Positions 39,324-48,156 of a DNA stretch of 64,000 nucleotides are shown piece by piece (within the stretch, counting starts at the first letter, position 1; every line of letters begins with the position of its first letter). Source of the stretch: a virus. Its lineage: Duplodnaviria; Heunggongvirae; Uroviricota; Caudoviricetes. Position numbers and translations under genes: made by a program. The notes below the pieces were generated by a model, which worked only from the letters and a program-made list of their open reading frames with translations, had not been told where the DNA came from and made no database searches. The stretch covers positions 18,529-82,528 of the IMG/VR virus record IMGVR_UViG_2909739949_000002. The stretch is one strand, 5' to 3'.

Positions 39324-40092
39324 ACAAGAATTATTAGAAGCAATAAATACTATTGCATTCAATATGGAATCATTTCTTTCTTCTAATAAAGATAGCTATA
39401 AGATAACAGAGAAGATTAATTTAATCAGATCATATCAACTAGATTCAGTAGTCTATGATAGTCAACCTAAATGTGAGCAGATAGCTTATGTAGATGAAGA
39501 TTTCATCTCTTTAGGGGGAAAGAAAATTATAAAGTTATTGGCTAATAGATTTACTATAGATGAGTATATTTTAAGAGTAGAACCAGGTACTAATAAGTTT
39601 TTATTAGTAGAAGAAGATAACTTTTCTGGTGTACTTCCTACATTTATAGAATCTAGATTAGTTAGATACTTATGGGGCGAGTTAATTCCTAAACCTCTTA
39701 TAGAGAATAAAGAACGAGAAGAATTTCTGAAGTTAGTTAGTGACTATATAAATGATAGTAAGTTACTGTTTAAATTAGAACTTCCTAATCTTATATCAGA
39801 AAGAGAGTTAGATAAAAGACCAGAATATTCTTTATTAATAAAAGGGGAGAATATATATTCTTTTCTAGAGGAGAAAAAAGAATATAATGAAACATATTTA
39901 AATAGGAAAGAGAGTTTAGTAACCAGTAGAAAGATAGTAACTAAATGGTTTGAGAAAATCTACTCTAATATATTCATCTTAGAGTGGTATGGAACTAAGT
40001 ATGGTCAAAAGAAAGGACAATTAGTATTTAATCTAGAGAACTTTACATACAATCAAGTGAGGATAGCTTTTAATAGTAATCCTCCTAGTTAA
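39286..40092 (+). CDS. hypothetical protein
   Basis: ORF 268 aa. Confidence 0.45.
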   Translation: MSIKRRIYMTITKQELLEAINTIAFNMESFLSSNKDSYKITEKINLIRSYQLDSVVYDSQPKCEQIAYVDEDFISLGGKKIIKLLANRFTIDEYILRVEPGTNKFLLVEEDNFSGVLPTFIESRLVRYLWGELIPKPLIENKEREEFLKLVSDYINDSKLLFKLELPNLISERELDKRPEYSLLIKGENIYSFLEEKKEYNETYLNRKESLVTSRKIVTKWFEKIYSNIFILEWYGTKYGQKKGQLVFNLENFTYNQVRIAFNSNPPS

Positions 40093-40101
40093 CAATCTAG
40101 A

Positions 40102-40134
40102 AATAGGCGGCATTATTAGCCGCCTATTTTATTA
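40102..40134 (+). terminator. AATAGGCGGC-ATTATTA-GCCGCCTATT + TTTT terminator
   Basis: 10-bp stem, T-run. Confidence 0.65.
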
Positions 40135-40143
40135 AGGAGATAT

Positions 40144-40383
40144 ATGAGTAATACAAAGATAAGATGTTTAAAAGCAACACCACTTCTTAATGAATGTGAT
40201 GAGTACTGGCAAGTAGAAATACATTATCTAGAAGATGGAAGAGTATTAACAGTTAAATGTCCCTTCCAAGCTAAGTATGATTTCTATTTAGGTATTACTA
40301 ATGTTCCTATAGAGTGGGAAGTTATTGATCAAAGAGAAATGACATTGAAGGAGAAAAGAGAATTCAATTTACATTATGATTAA
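40144..40383 (+). CDS. hypothetical small protein
   Basis: AAGGAG SD. Confidence 0.5.
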   Translation: MSNTKIRCLKATPLLNECDEYWQVEIHYLEDGRVLTVKCPFQAKYDFYLGITNVPIEWEVIDQREMTLKEKREFNLHYD

Positions 40384-40408
40384 TTCACTTAGCCATTTCA
40401 TTTTCTTC

Positions 40409-41269
40409 TTATATAATATCCACGCCCTTCTTAGCCCAAGCTCTATTCAAGGCAGCTCGTCTATAACGCTTACTAGATAAGGCTAGTTGAGGATAATAGA
40501 TACTAGGTCTCTTAACTACTACAGCAGCAGAATCATATAGAAGAGTAGTAGTGAAGAATTTACTAGAAGTATTAGTCCAGTTCTCCTCATCATTAAATAA
40601 TGCTTCTCTAAGAAAGAATCTATTATCTGGGGAGTATTGAGCTACTCTAATTTTCTGAGCCCTTCTTAGTCTAGAGTTAACTGTTCTAATAGAGACTCCC
40701 AATCTATTAGCTACAGTTAATTGGGAGCCTCCAAAAGAAGACCATTTATCATTAACAAATAAAACTCCACTTCTTAATAATATTATCCCCGTGGATATGT
40801 CAGAGATAGGATTAGTCCCATTATTAAAAAGTGAAGCTATATCTTTATCTGATAAAGGTTTATTCCTATTAGAATTCTTAGTTAAAGACTTGTTAGCTAA
40901 ATATCTAGATTGTCCTTGGAGAGATAATTGAGTAGCCAAAGTAGAGTAATATTTTAAATCTTTAATATCTTCTATTTCTATCTCACATGAAGCGCCCCAA
41001 TTATCTACTTCATTCTCTAGACAAATTCTAACTAGACTTTTGTAGTAAAAAGTATATAACTCACCTCTTCTAATTATCTTAAAGAATAAATTAGATTTGG
41101 TATATCTCCATAAAGTAGTTTTACTTATATCTAATGTCTTTTGAATATATTTAGAGTCTAAAATAGATTTACCTGAACCATTCTTATCCATAGCTCTAAC
41201 TAGGTACCACAATTTAAGAGGTGCCCCAATCTTTTCAATTAAATAGCTATGAATAAAAGTAGAAGACAT
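40409..41269 (-). CDS. HTH DNA-binding protein (sigma-region-4-like / regulator)
   Basis: lone minus-strand gene; C-terminal GGSQLTVANRLGVSIRTVNSRLRRAQKI helix-turn-helix. Confidence 0.45.
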   Translation of the reverse strand: MSSTFIHSYLIEKIGAPLKLWYLVRAMDKNGSGKSILDSKYIQKTLDISKTTLWRYTKSNLFFKIIRRGELYTFYYKSLVRICLENEVDNWGASCEIEIEDIKDLKYYSTLATQLSLQGQSRYLANKSLTKNSNRNKPLSDKDIASLFNNGTNPISDISTGIILLRSGVLFVNDKWSSFGGSQLTVANRLGVSIRTVNSRLRRAQKIRVAQYSPDNRFFLREALFNDEENWTNTSSKFFTTTLLYDSAAVVVKRPSIYYPQLALSSKRYRRAALNRAWAKKGVDII

Positions 41270-41325
41270 TAATTATAGGTACAAGTATATATAATATAAA
41301 TTATATATTATAGAAAGGTATTAAT

Positions 41326-41583
41326 ATGCAAGATTTTAAACCTTTACCAGAGTCATATTTACTTGAATATGACACTACAAGAAAATGTATTGATGGAAGT
41401 ATAGAAATAATAAATCCTATAAGAAGTTTAGAGAAAAGGGTATTAGGGGGAACTGATAATAAATTCTGGCTAGCCTACTTAGAGATAAGAGGTAAGAGTA
41501 AGGCTAGAGTACACCCTTCTATACAAGAGATTATTAAATATAAACGCATCAATAATAACTACTGGAAATCTCAAGAGGAATGA
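41326..41583 (+). CDS. hypothetical small protein
   Basis: AAAGG SD. Confidence 0.45.
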   Translation: MQDFKPLPESYLLEYDTTRKCIDGSIEIINPIRSLEKRVLGGTDNKFWLAYLEIRGKSKARVHPSIQEIIKYKRINNNYWKSQEE

Positions 41584-41699
41584 TTAATTTAATTGCTCAA
41601 GTGCCGCCCTATCAACTACCTACTTTTCATTGGGTAGTATTATTAGTAGCTTTAACAATACTAATAGAAAAGATAATTAATGTATTAAGATAGTAAACT

Positions 41700-42044
41700 A
41701 TGGGATATTATTCAGATTATGTTCTAAGAATAGAACCAGAAGATAAGACGACTTTTCTTTTAGAAGCCCTCAAATGTATTACAGATAATATAGATTGGCT
41801 TTCTTATAAATCACCTATAGATTCAGAGTATATCTACATAGAAGAATCTATTAAATGGTATGAACATGAAGAAGACCTTATCAAAATATCTAGTCTAATA
41901 GATTTAAAAGATTGTCTTATAACATGTTCTATTAAAGGAGAAGATGGAGAGGAGTCAAAAGTATATGCTAGAAATGGTAAGGTGGATATTGTATATCCAG
42001 AGATAATATGGAGGGCTCCTTCAGAAGAATTAATGAGGAGCTAA
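41700..42044 (+). CDS. hypothetical protein
   Basis: ORF 114 aa. Confidence 0.4.
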   Translation: MGYYSDYVLRIEPEDKTTFLLEALKCITDNIDWLSYKSPIDSEYIYIEESIKWYEHEEDLIKISSLIDLKDCLITCSIKGEDGEESKVYARNGKVDIVYPEIIWRAPSEELMRS

Positions 42045-42424
42045 TTCTTAATTTAACTGATTATCTTAGAGAGCTAGTAATGTTAATGAGTTGGATTATG
42101 ATGCTGAATCATATATATATAAAAGCATCTGAGTTTATTAAGGGTTTAAAGAGGAAGAAAGAAGAACACCTTAGTACAGAAATTCTCTTAGTGCTAGAAA
42201 AGGAAGAAGGTATATCTATTAGTGGGCTTCAGAATAAATTAAATGGAATAGATATATTTACTTTGATTAGTAAACTGAAAAGTCTAGAGAGAGAAGGATA
42301 CATTAACTCAGAGATGATATATGAGAATAACCAACTCTTTATAAGAGGCGGCTCTCTTAAAAAGAGATATTTAATTAGTAGGAAGGGTTCACTATTTATT
42401 AAGACAGGGTTGAGGGCAGTATGA
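42008..42424 (+). CDS. winged-helix DNA-binding protein (tentative)
   Basis: LLVLEKEEGISISGLQNKLNGIDIFTLISKLKSLEREGYI resembles MarR/PadR wHTH. Confidence 0.35.
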   Translation: MEGSFRRINEELILNLTDYLRELVMLMSWIMMLNHIYIKASEFIKGLKRKKEEHLSTEILLVLEKEEGISISGLQNKLNGIDIFTLISKLKSLEREGYINSEMIYENNQLFIRGGSLKKRYLISRKGSLFIKTGLRAV

Positions 42425-42587
42425 AGAAGTTTAATTGGGATTCATATCTATTATGGTTAGGAATGTTTACTTTGCTAGATGCAGTATTTAGATGGCCTAA
42501 TGGAAAAGTAGAGGAGATAGTTGTTGGTATGTTGTTTAATTTAGTACTTGCATACATAGTGCAATTATTTAATAAGGGAGATTATTA

Positions 42588-42851
42588 ATGGTTTGTGAAA
42601 CATGCCCGGTATGTGAAGTAGTTATAGAAGATGACGCTGTAGTTAGATTCTCTTACGGGAAACCTGGAAATAAAGAAAGACTACTTCATAGAGTATGTAA
42701 ATATTCTAGTAAACCAGGATGTATTAACTCTCTCTATAAATTAAATGAAAAGTATCCTCCTAGTGAAGAGGGATATTCTTCAGCTTTATCAGAGGAAGTA
42801 TACAAACATTATCTAAAGATAATAGAAGACAAAGGTAGCCTAGCTAGCTAA
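42588..42851 (+). CDS. zinc-ribbon small protein
   Basis: AGGGAG SD; CETCPVCE ... CKYSSKPGC. Confidence 0.45.
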   Translation: MVCETCPVCEVVIEDDAVVRFSYGKPGNKERLLHRVCKYSSKPGCINSLYKLNEKYPPSEEGYSSALSEEVYKHYLKIIEDKGSLAS

Positions 42852-42874
42852 AAATCTAATTAAGTTAACTAATA

Positions 42875-42910
42875 GACAAGGATAAGTAATTTATCCTTGT
42901 CTATTCTTTT
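42875..42910 (+). terminator. rho-independent terminator
   Basis: AGACAAGGATAA-GTAAT-TTATCCTTGTCT + ATTCTTTT. Confidence 0.65.
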
Positions 42911-42927
42911 GTAAGGAGGAGTAATAA

Positions 42928-43110
42928 ATGACAAAGGATAGAGCAGGGGGTTATTCCCTAAGAAAACAAATGATGGAGATGGATAGCAAGGATCTATTAA
43001 ATCTAATAATAGATATTGCTGAGGAGAAAGAGGGACTGTTAATAGAGTTAACAGAAGGTTTAGTAGAAGAAGTAGAAAGAGATAGAGAAAAGGAAATGGA
43101 GGCAGCTTAA
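42928..43110 (+). CDS. hypothetical small protein
   Basis: AAGGAGG SD. Confidence 0.45.
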   Translation: MTKDRAGGYSLRKQMMEMDSKDLLNLIIDIAEEKEGLLIELTEGLVEEVERDREKEMEAA

Positions 43111-43111
43111 G

Positions 43112-43441
43112 ATGAGAAATTACAGATTTTATGAAAGACGTAATAAGTTAATAGGGATAGGTTTAGTTATTGTCTGTTTTGTAGGAGGATCAGCATACTT
43201 AAATAGTAGGGCTCCTGAGATAAGTGAGAGTGCTAGTAATAATGCAAAGAGATTAGTTTCTTCTATTAGTACAGAAGAGAATAAATGGTCAGTAGTATCT
43301 TGTTCTGGAAGAGATAGTGATGGTGATGACTATGTTCGCTGTACTATTAAAAGTAGTAACGGGGAGATAAAAGCATTAGAGTGCCCATATTATCCTTGGG
43401 GAAATCAAGAATGTGTTTTACCAAAGATAAATAATTACTAG
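43112..43441 (+). CDS. membrane-anchored Cys-containing protein
   Basis: coupled start; N-terminal TM. Confidence 0.45.
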   Translation: MRNYRFYERRNKLIGIGLVIVCFVGGSAYLNSRAPEISESASNNAKRLVSSISTEENKWSVVSCSGRDSDGDDYVRCTIKSSNGEIKALECPYYPWGNQECVLPKINNY

Positions 43442-43446
43442 ATAGT

Positions 43447-43472
43447 TAGGCGGCATGTTTAGCCGCCTATGT
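43447..43472 (+). terminator. TAGGCGGC-ATGTTTA-GCCGCCTA hairpin (family A)
   Basis: 8-bp stem after stop. Confidence 0.5.
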
Positions 43473-43494
43473 TATTTAATTAGGAGATTAATAG

Positions 43495-43773
43495 ATGAGA
43501 ATGGCTAATTGGATAGCTCATATAGCTAATGGGTTATGGTACTTTTTCAAGTGGAGGTCTTATCTAGACCCAGCAGGACAAGCTAGCGAGCCTAAAGAAA
43601 TTGATGAAACAAAAGAAGAATGGGAAGAATATATGATAGAAGACGATGAACATTATGCGTCTAAATTATATCCTTATTCAAAGGACTCTTATGAAGAGTA
43701 TGTTCTTAGAACATACGAAGAAGATTTACAGTTAGGAAGTAATAAAGATGGACATCAAGAAGATTGCGATTGA
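43495..43773 (+). CDS. hypothetical small protein
   Basis: AGGAG SD within leader TTTAGGAGATTAATAGATGAG duplicated at 44238. Confidence 0.45.
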   Translation: MRMANWIAHIANGLWYFFKWRSYLDPAGQASEPKEIDETKEEWEEYMIEDDEHYASKLYPYSKDSYEEYVLRTYEEDLQLGSNKDGHQEDCD

Positions 43774-44188
43774 CCCTATGGATAGCTATAGAAGAGACTA
43801 TAAAGCTATAGCTAATCTTCTATTAGATAGAGGCTATCTAGATACAATTATCTTTACTATTAAAAGAGATAATGAGGAACTAATAGAGGCTCTAAAGGAA
43901 GTAAAAGGAAGAGAAGAAAGCTATACACATTCAGCCTATATAAACGATAGTGAAATTAATTGTACTAGATGGTATTTCATTACTGAATACCTTAATAGTG
44001 TAGGTAAGATATTTGTAATCTCTTATAGACAACCACTTTCAGAAGATATTAAAGTAACAGATGAAATAAATGTAAGTCTTGTAAGAAATACTGAAGGGTT
44101 TGTAGGTAAGGCTATTGTATTATCTAAGATGGAATTTCAGGAAGAAGATAGATATATAGGACAGCTAATAGTAAAGATGCTTAATTAA
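43748..44188 (+). CDS. hypothetical protein
   Basis: overlapping start. Confidence 0.45.
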   Translation: MDIKKIAIDPMDSYRRDYKAIANLLLDRGYLDTIIFTIKRDNEELIEALKEVKGREESYTHSAYINDSEINCTRWYFITEYLNSVGKIFVISYRQPLSEDIKVTDEINVSLVRNTEGFVGKAIVLSKMEFQEEDRYIGQLIVKMLN

Positions 44189-44237
44189 GTAGATGGGCGG
44201 CTTAACTAACTGCTCATTTTATTTAGGAGATTAATAG

Positions 44238-44474
44238 ATGAGTAATAATGAATCAAATAAGAGTGAGAATAATAAAGATATAGAACAGGAAGAAGATATA
44301 GATTGGATACTGAATCAGCCTATAGATATGAGGATTATTCCTATATCAAATACAGAAGGTAATGATGATTCTCCAAGAAGATCTATTAATCTAGATAGTT
44401 TAGAAAGGAATGTATCTATTGACACTCCCCTGCCTAAAGGCGAGGGGATTCTACATTCACAGACTCGCCGTTAG
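44238..44474 (+). CDS. hypothetical small protein; 3' end runs into IS right end (possibly truncated)
   Basis: AGGAG SD; last ~15 codons lie in GC-rich IS-derived sequence. Confidence 0.4.
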   Translation: MSNNESNKSENNKDIEQEEDIDWILNQPIDMRIIPISNTEGNDDSPRRSINLDSLERNVSIDTPLPKGEGILHSQTRR

Positions 44475-45795
44475 ACAGCAGGCTTGCGCCAACTGCCCAA
44501 GAGGGCAAATCTCCTGTAGCGTAAGTTCCCGTGTGCCCCACGGTACTGAGTCCTAATCTCAAAATGTTGATTGCTGCGTTGATGTCCCTATCTTCGGTAT
44601 ATCCGCAATGAGGGCAGATATGAGTCCTGCTGGACAGAGATTTTTTCACCTTCAAGCCACAGTTAGAGCAATTTTGACTTGTGTTATGGGGCGGAACTGC
44701 AACAGTCACTTTCCCATATTTATGACCAAAATACTCTAACCAACTACGGAAAGTGTACCAACCAGCATCAGATATTGATTTAGCTAAATGTCGATTTCGT
44801 ACCAGCCCTTTGACATTTAAATCTTCATAGGCTACCAAATCGTGAGATTGGATAACGGAGTACGCTAGTCTCTTGCAGTACTCTTTTCGTTGCCTACTTA
44901 CTTTTAAATGTTTACGGGCATATCTATTTCTAGCCTTGTGGTAATTGATTGATTGTCGCTGCTTGGCTTTTTTCCTCTGTTGACTGAATTTCTTAGACTT
45001 CTTGCGGTTGGCTCGGTTTAGCTGTTTTTCCGATTTACGGTAGAACTGGGGTGAAGGTTCAACATTACCTTTGTTGTCAGCGATGAAGTACTTCAATCCC
45101 AGATCAATACCCACTATTTGATTAGTCGGTTGAGTTTCTATCCTGACATCAATATCAATTGCAAATTGGGCATAATACCCATCTGCACGACGCACTAAAC
45201 GCACTCGTTTAATTTGCTTGATGCCGTAGTAATTGAGGTCGTAGGTTCCTTTTAGCTTCAGGGTTCCAATACCTTTTTTATCGGAGAAAGTTATCGCCTT
45301 TCTAGTTTCTGAAAGCTTCCACCCAGTTGATTTGTACTCAACCGAACGGCAGTTTTTCTTAAACTTTGGAAAACCCTTTTTACCCTTGACTTTTTTCTTG
45401 CAGTTATCGTAAAACCGAGCTATTGCGCTCCAAGAACGTTCAGCCGCAGATTGTCTAGCCATTGAGTTGAGTTCATCGGCAAAGGGAAACTCAGCAGCTA
45501 ATACCGCGCAGTATTTATTAAGGTCGTACCTACCAACATCTTTGTTATCCATCCAATAGCGCAAGCATTTGTTTTGGATGAATTGTGATGTGCGGATAGC
45601 CTCATCTATTGCTTGATATTGCTTATCTTTCCCCTTGACTTTAAACTCGTAAACAATCATGGGTATCGACCAATTAACCACATCTTTATGTTACCATAAA
45701 ACACATAAACATACCAAGGAAACAAAGGAATACTGAGGCGTAAACGCCTTAAATCGTTTTCATCCCTTGCCTAAAGGCTAAGGGTTTTCAACGGT
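44425..45795 (-). mobile_element. IS200/IS605-family (IS1341-type, tnpB-only) insertion sequence
   Basis: GC about 45-50% vs about 30% flanks; subterminal hairpins CCCCTGCCTAAAGGCGAGGGG (44432-44453) and CCCTTGCCTAAAGGCTAAGGG (45764-45788); no terminal IRs. Confidence 0.75.
44434..45681 (-). CDS. tnpB: TnpB (OrfB) RNA-guided endonuclease / IS605 accessory protein
   Basis: 415 aa; N-terminal MIVYEFKVK...; RuvC-like + C-terminal zinc finger CSNCG...CPHCG...DRDINAAINI. Confidence 0.85.
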   Translation of the reverse strand: MVNWSIPMIVYEFKVKGKDKQYQAIDEAIRTSQFIQNKCLRYWMDNKDVGRYDLNKYCAVLAAEFPFADELNSMARQSAAERSWSAIARFYDNCKKKVKGKKGFPKFKKNCRSVEYKSTGWKLSETRKAITFSDKKGIGTLKLKGTYDLNYYGIKQIKRVRLVRRADGYYAQFAIDIDVRIETQPTNQIVGIDLGLKYFIADNKGNVEPSPQFYRKSEKQLNRANRKKSKKFSQQRKKAKQRQSINYHKARNRYARKHLKVSRQRKEYCKRLAYSVIQSHDLVAYEDLNVKGLVRNRHLAKSISDAGWYTFRSWLEYFGHKYGKVTVAVPPHNTSQNCSNCGLKVKKSLSSRTHICPHCGYTEDRDINAAINILRLGLSTVGHTGTYATGDLPSWAVGASLLSNGESVNVESPRL

Positions 45796-45852
45796 TTCTT
45801 TTATAAAGGAAGATTTAAATGGTTAGCTATTCTTCTGGTAGGTTTAGTTACA

Positions 45853-46341
45853 GTGGGTACTGTAACTAAGATAAGAGAGACAGTAGAAGAGAGTGCTGAC
45901 TTCTTTATTGGTACTAGTGACATCAATCAGATTAGATCAATAGCTAATAACTGTGTAAGAGAAGGCAACTGTGATAGAAAGATAAATCTTAGGATGTTGT
46001 CTACTTTATGTATCAAAGGAAAAGATAGGAGCTTTTCTATTCAAAAGGAATTCTGGGATTATAGTTTAAAGATAGCTCGTGAGAGATATCTAAGAGGTGA
46101 CTTTGAGGAGGATGAGCTATATACAGGTAGAAGACAGAAAGAGTTTACAGAAAAGGAACTCAAGGAAAAGCGAAATAAGAAGTGGGATGATCTTAAGAAA
46201 GCGTTGAAAGAGAGTAAGAAAACTGAGAACAGATTAAAGGACAATTGGGATTTATGTAGCGCTTTAATAAATTATGTAACAGGCAAAGTTAATAAGCCTA
46301 CAGAGAAAAAGGTTGAAGAAAAGAAAGAGGATGAGAAATGA
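45853..46341 (+). CDS. lysine-rich hypothetical protein; start unclear (GTG), reading frame open back into IS left end
   Basis: no in-frame ATG or SD; possibly 5'-disrupted by the IS insertion. Confidence 0.4.
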   Translation: MGTVTKIRETVEESADFFIGTSDINQIRSIANNCVREGNCDRKINLRMLSTLCIKGKDRSFSIQKEFWDYSLKIARERYLRGDFEEDELYTGRRQKEFTEKELKEKRNKKWDDLKKALKESKKTENRLKDNWDLCSALINYVTGKVNKPTEKKVEEKKEDEK

Positions 46342-46733
46342 AATATATCCATGTATATCTAATAGTACTAACTATAGTAGCTATATGGAAAGTAAAAGAT
46401 GAGTCAGATAAAAGAAAGGCAAAGTTTAAAAGAGCTTACTTAGTAAAGGTTGAATCAGAAGAAGAATGTACAGTAGATGATTGGATATATGATGAGGCAA
46501 AAAGAAAAGCAGAAGAGAAGTTTATAAAGAATAATGAACAAGAGAAGAAGGAAACTATAGAGAAGTATGGAGAAGAAATATGGTATGAAACAGTAGGATA
46601 CAAAGAAACAGACTATCAAATTATAAAGAAGGATAGCTTTAGGGTATTTCCTTTAGAGATAGAAAATTATCTTAATGATGAAGATGAGATTATCCTAGAT
46701 TTAGGAGAGACAGAAGAAGGAGATGAAATTTAG
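46338..46733 (+). CDS. 131-aa membrane-anchored acidic protein, paralog family C
   Basis: ATGA coupling; same length and YLVKVESE motif as 27339/27751. Confidence 0.5.
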   Translation: MKYIHVYLIVLTIVAIWKVKDESDKRKAKFKRAYLVKVESEEECTVDDWIYDEAKRKAEEKFIKNNEQEKKETIEKYGEEIWYETVGYKETDYQIIKKDSFRVFPLEIENYLNDEDEIILDLGETEEGDEI

Positions 46734-46947
46734 TTATATATTTCTAGTAGTGATAACAGTAGGAATGAATTGGAAGGTAAAAACTAGTGAAGGCTCTTCA
46801 TTTAGAGCAAGGATATCCTAGAGGAAGGGAGATAACAAATGATCAAAGCCAATAGATTCATAAGTCATATCAAATCATCCTATTGATTACTACATCTAAT
46901 CTATTATCCCTGTAGAAAAGTTGTAAGTAATCGATAGGAGTTTAATA

Positions 46948-47193
46948 ATGTCTTGTAGACGTAGAAATGATGGATGGTCTTGTCATTCTGGTGAATGGAT
47001 GAAGATGGATATTATATATCTACCTAATGGAAAAGCTATTAAGGTAAGAAGATATCTATTACATTTCGTAGCTGTCTTAATATTAATAGGTGGCTTTAGT
47101 GCTATTTCTAACGCTGTATCTAAGACAGGCAGCAATATTCTAGAAGCGCATCCAGACCTACAAGAAAGTTGTAGTTTTGTAAAGAATATCTAA
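46948..47193 (+). CDS. small membrane protein
   Basis: AGGAG SD; TM helix. Confidence 0.45.
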   Translation: MSCRRRNDGWSCHSGEWMKMDIIYLPNGKAIKVRRYLLHFVAVLILIGGFSAISNAVSKTGSNILEAHPDLQESCSFVKNI

Positions 47194-47199
47194 ACAAGA

Positions 47200-47224
47200 T
47201 AGGCGGCATAACTAGCCGCCTAAT
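47200..47224 (+). terminator. TAGGCGGC-ATAACTA-GCCGCCTA hairpin (family A)
   Basis: 8-bp stem after stop. Confidence 0.5.
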
Positions 47225-47371
47225 CTATTATCATAGATGAGTATTTAGATAGTAAGGTTTATATAAGCAATCTTATAGAAGTTTTTATAGGAAAGAAATG
47301 AAGATACTAGTGCATATATTTTGATGAATTAGATTACTATAGTGATTTAATGACTAATTACTATTACTACT

Positions 47372-48070
47372 ATGGATCGTCTAACTGACAATTATGTTCC
47401 AGGCAATGGAGATCTGGGGCATAGTAAAATCCTATATGGATTGCCGCCTATTCTTAAGAGTGACCCAGCATGTGAGATACAAGGGTCTATTGAAAGAGTA
47501 CGTAATTCAATAGAGAAATTATTAAGCACTAGTGAATTACTACAACCAGAATTAAATTACTTATTAGGATATCTAAACAGAAATATATTCTCTCTAGCTT
47601 CTTTCTGTTATATGAAAGGGGATAGTAGTAGACATCTAATGAGTACTGACATTATCTATTTCATGGATAAAGAGATAGAAAAATTAAAGAAAGAGTTAGG
47701 AAGTGTACCTGACTTTATTTATCAGACTCATGTGACATTAGCATATCTAGATGCTATTAGAATTGAGGTTAGGGCGTTAGAAAGAGATTATGTAGCTTGG
47801 TGGTATAGTAGTAAGATTAGTAGATTTCTAATGGAGAGAGAAGATTTAATTAAAGGAGTAAGAATATATGCTGCTATATTAAATAGATTAAGTGCTTATC
47901 TATTTGAAGCAACTAGAAAAGAAGCAGCTATTATGAGAGATAAAGGTATTCCTCTAGTAGAAAAGTATTGGCAGGCTTCTATGGAAGAATGGAATCCACC
48001 AGTAGAAGAAGATAGTAAAGTAGTTAGTATTAGTAAGTTAGTCTCGCCGCCAGAATTATTGATTGCTTAA
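47372..48070 (+). CDS. PduO-type ATP:cob(I)alamin adenosyltransferase-like protein
   Basis: GNGDLGHSKILYGLPPILKSDPACEIQGSIERV aligns to PduO N-terminal [31 protein letters not shown] pattern. Confidence 0.5.
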   Translation: MDRLTDNYVPGNGDLGHSKILYGLPPILKSDPACEIQGSIERVRNSIEKLLSTSELLQPELNYLLGYLNRNIFSLASFCYMKGDSSRHLMSTDIIYFMDKEIEKLKKELGSVPDFIYQTHVTLAYLDAIRIEVRALERDYVAWWYSSKISRFLMEREDLIKGVRIYAAILNRLSAYLFEATRKEAAIMRDKGIPLVEKYWQASMEEWNPPVEEDSKVVSISKLVSPPELLIA

Positions 48071-48156
48071 TTTAATTATTATATTTAATTACCTAATAAC
48101 CTAGTCTGTTTCTAGACTAGGTTTTAATTGTCAACCCTATTATTATTGTTAATTCT

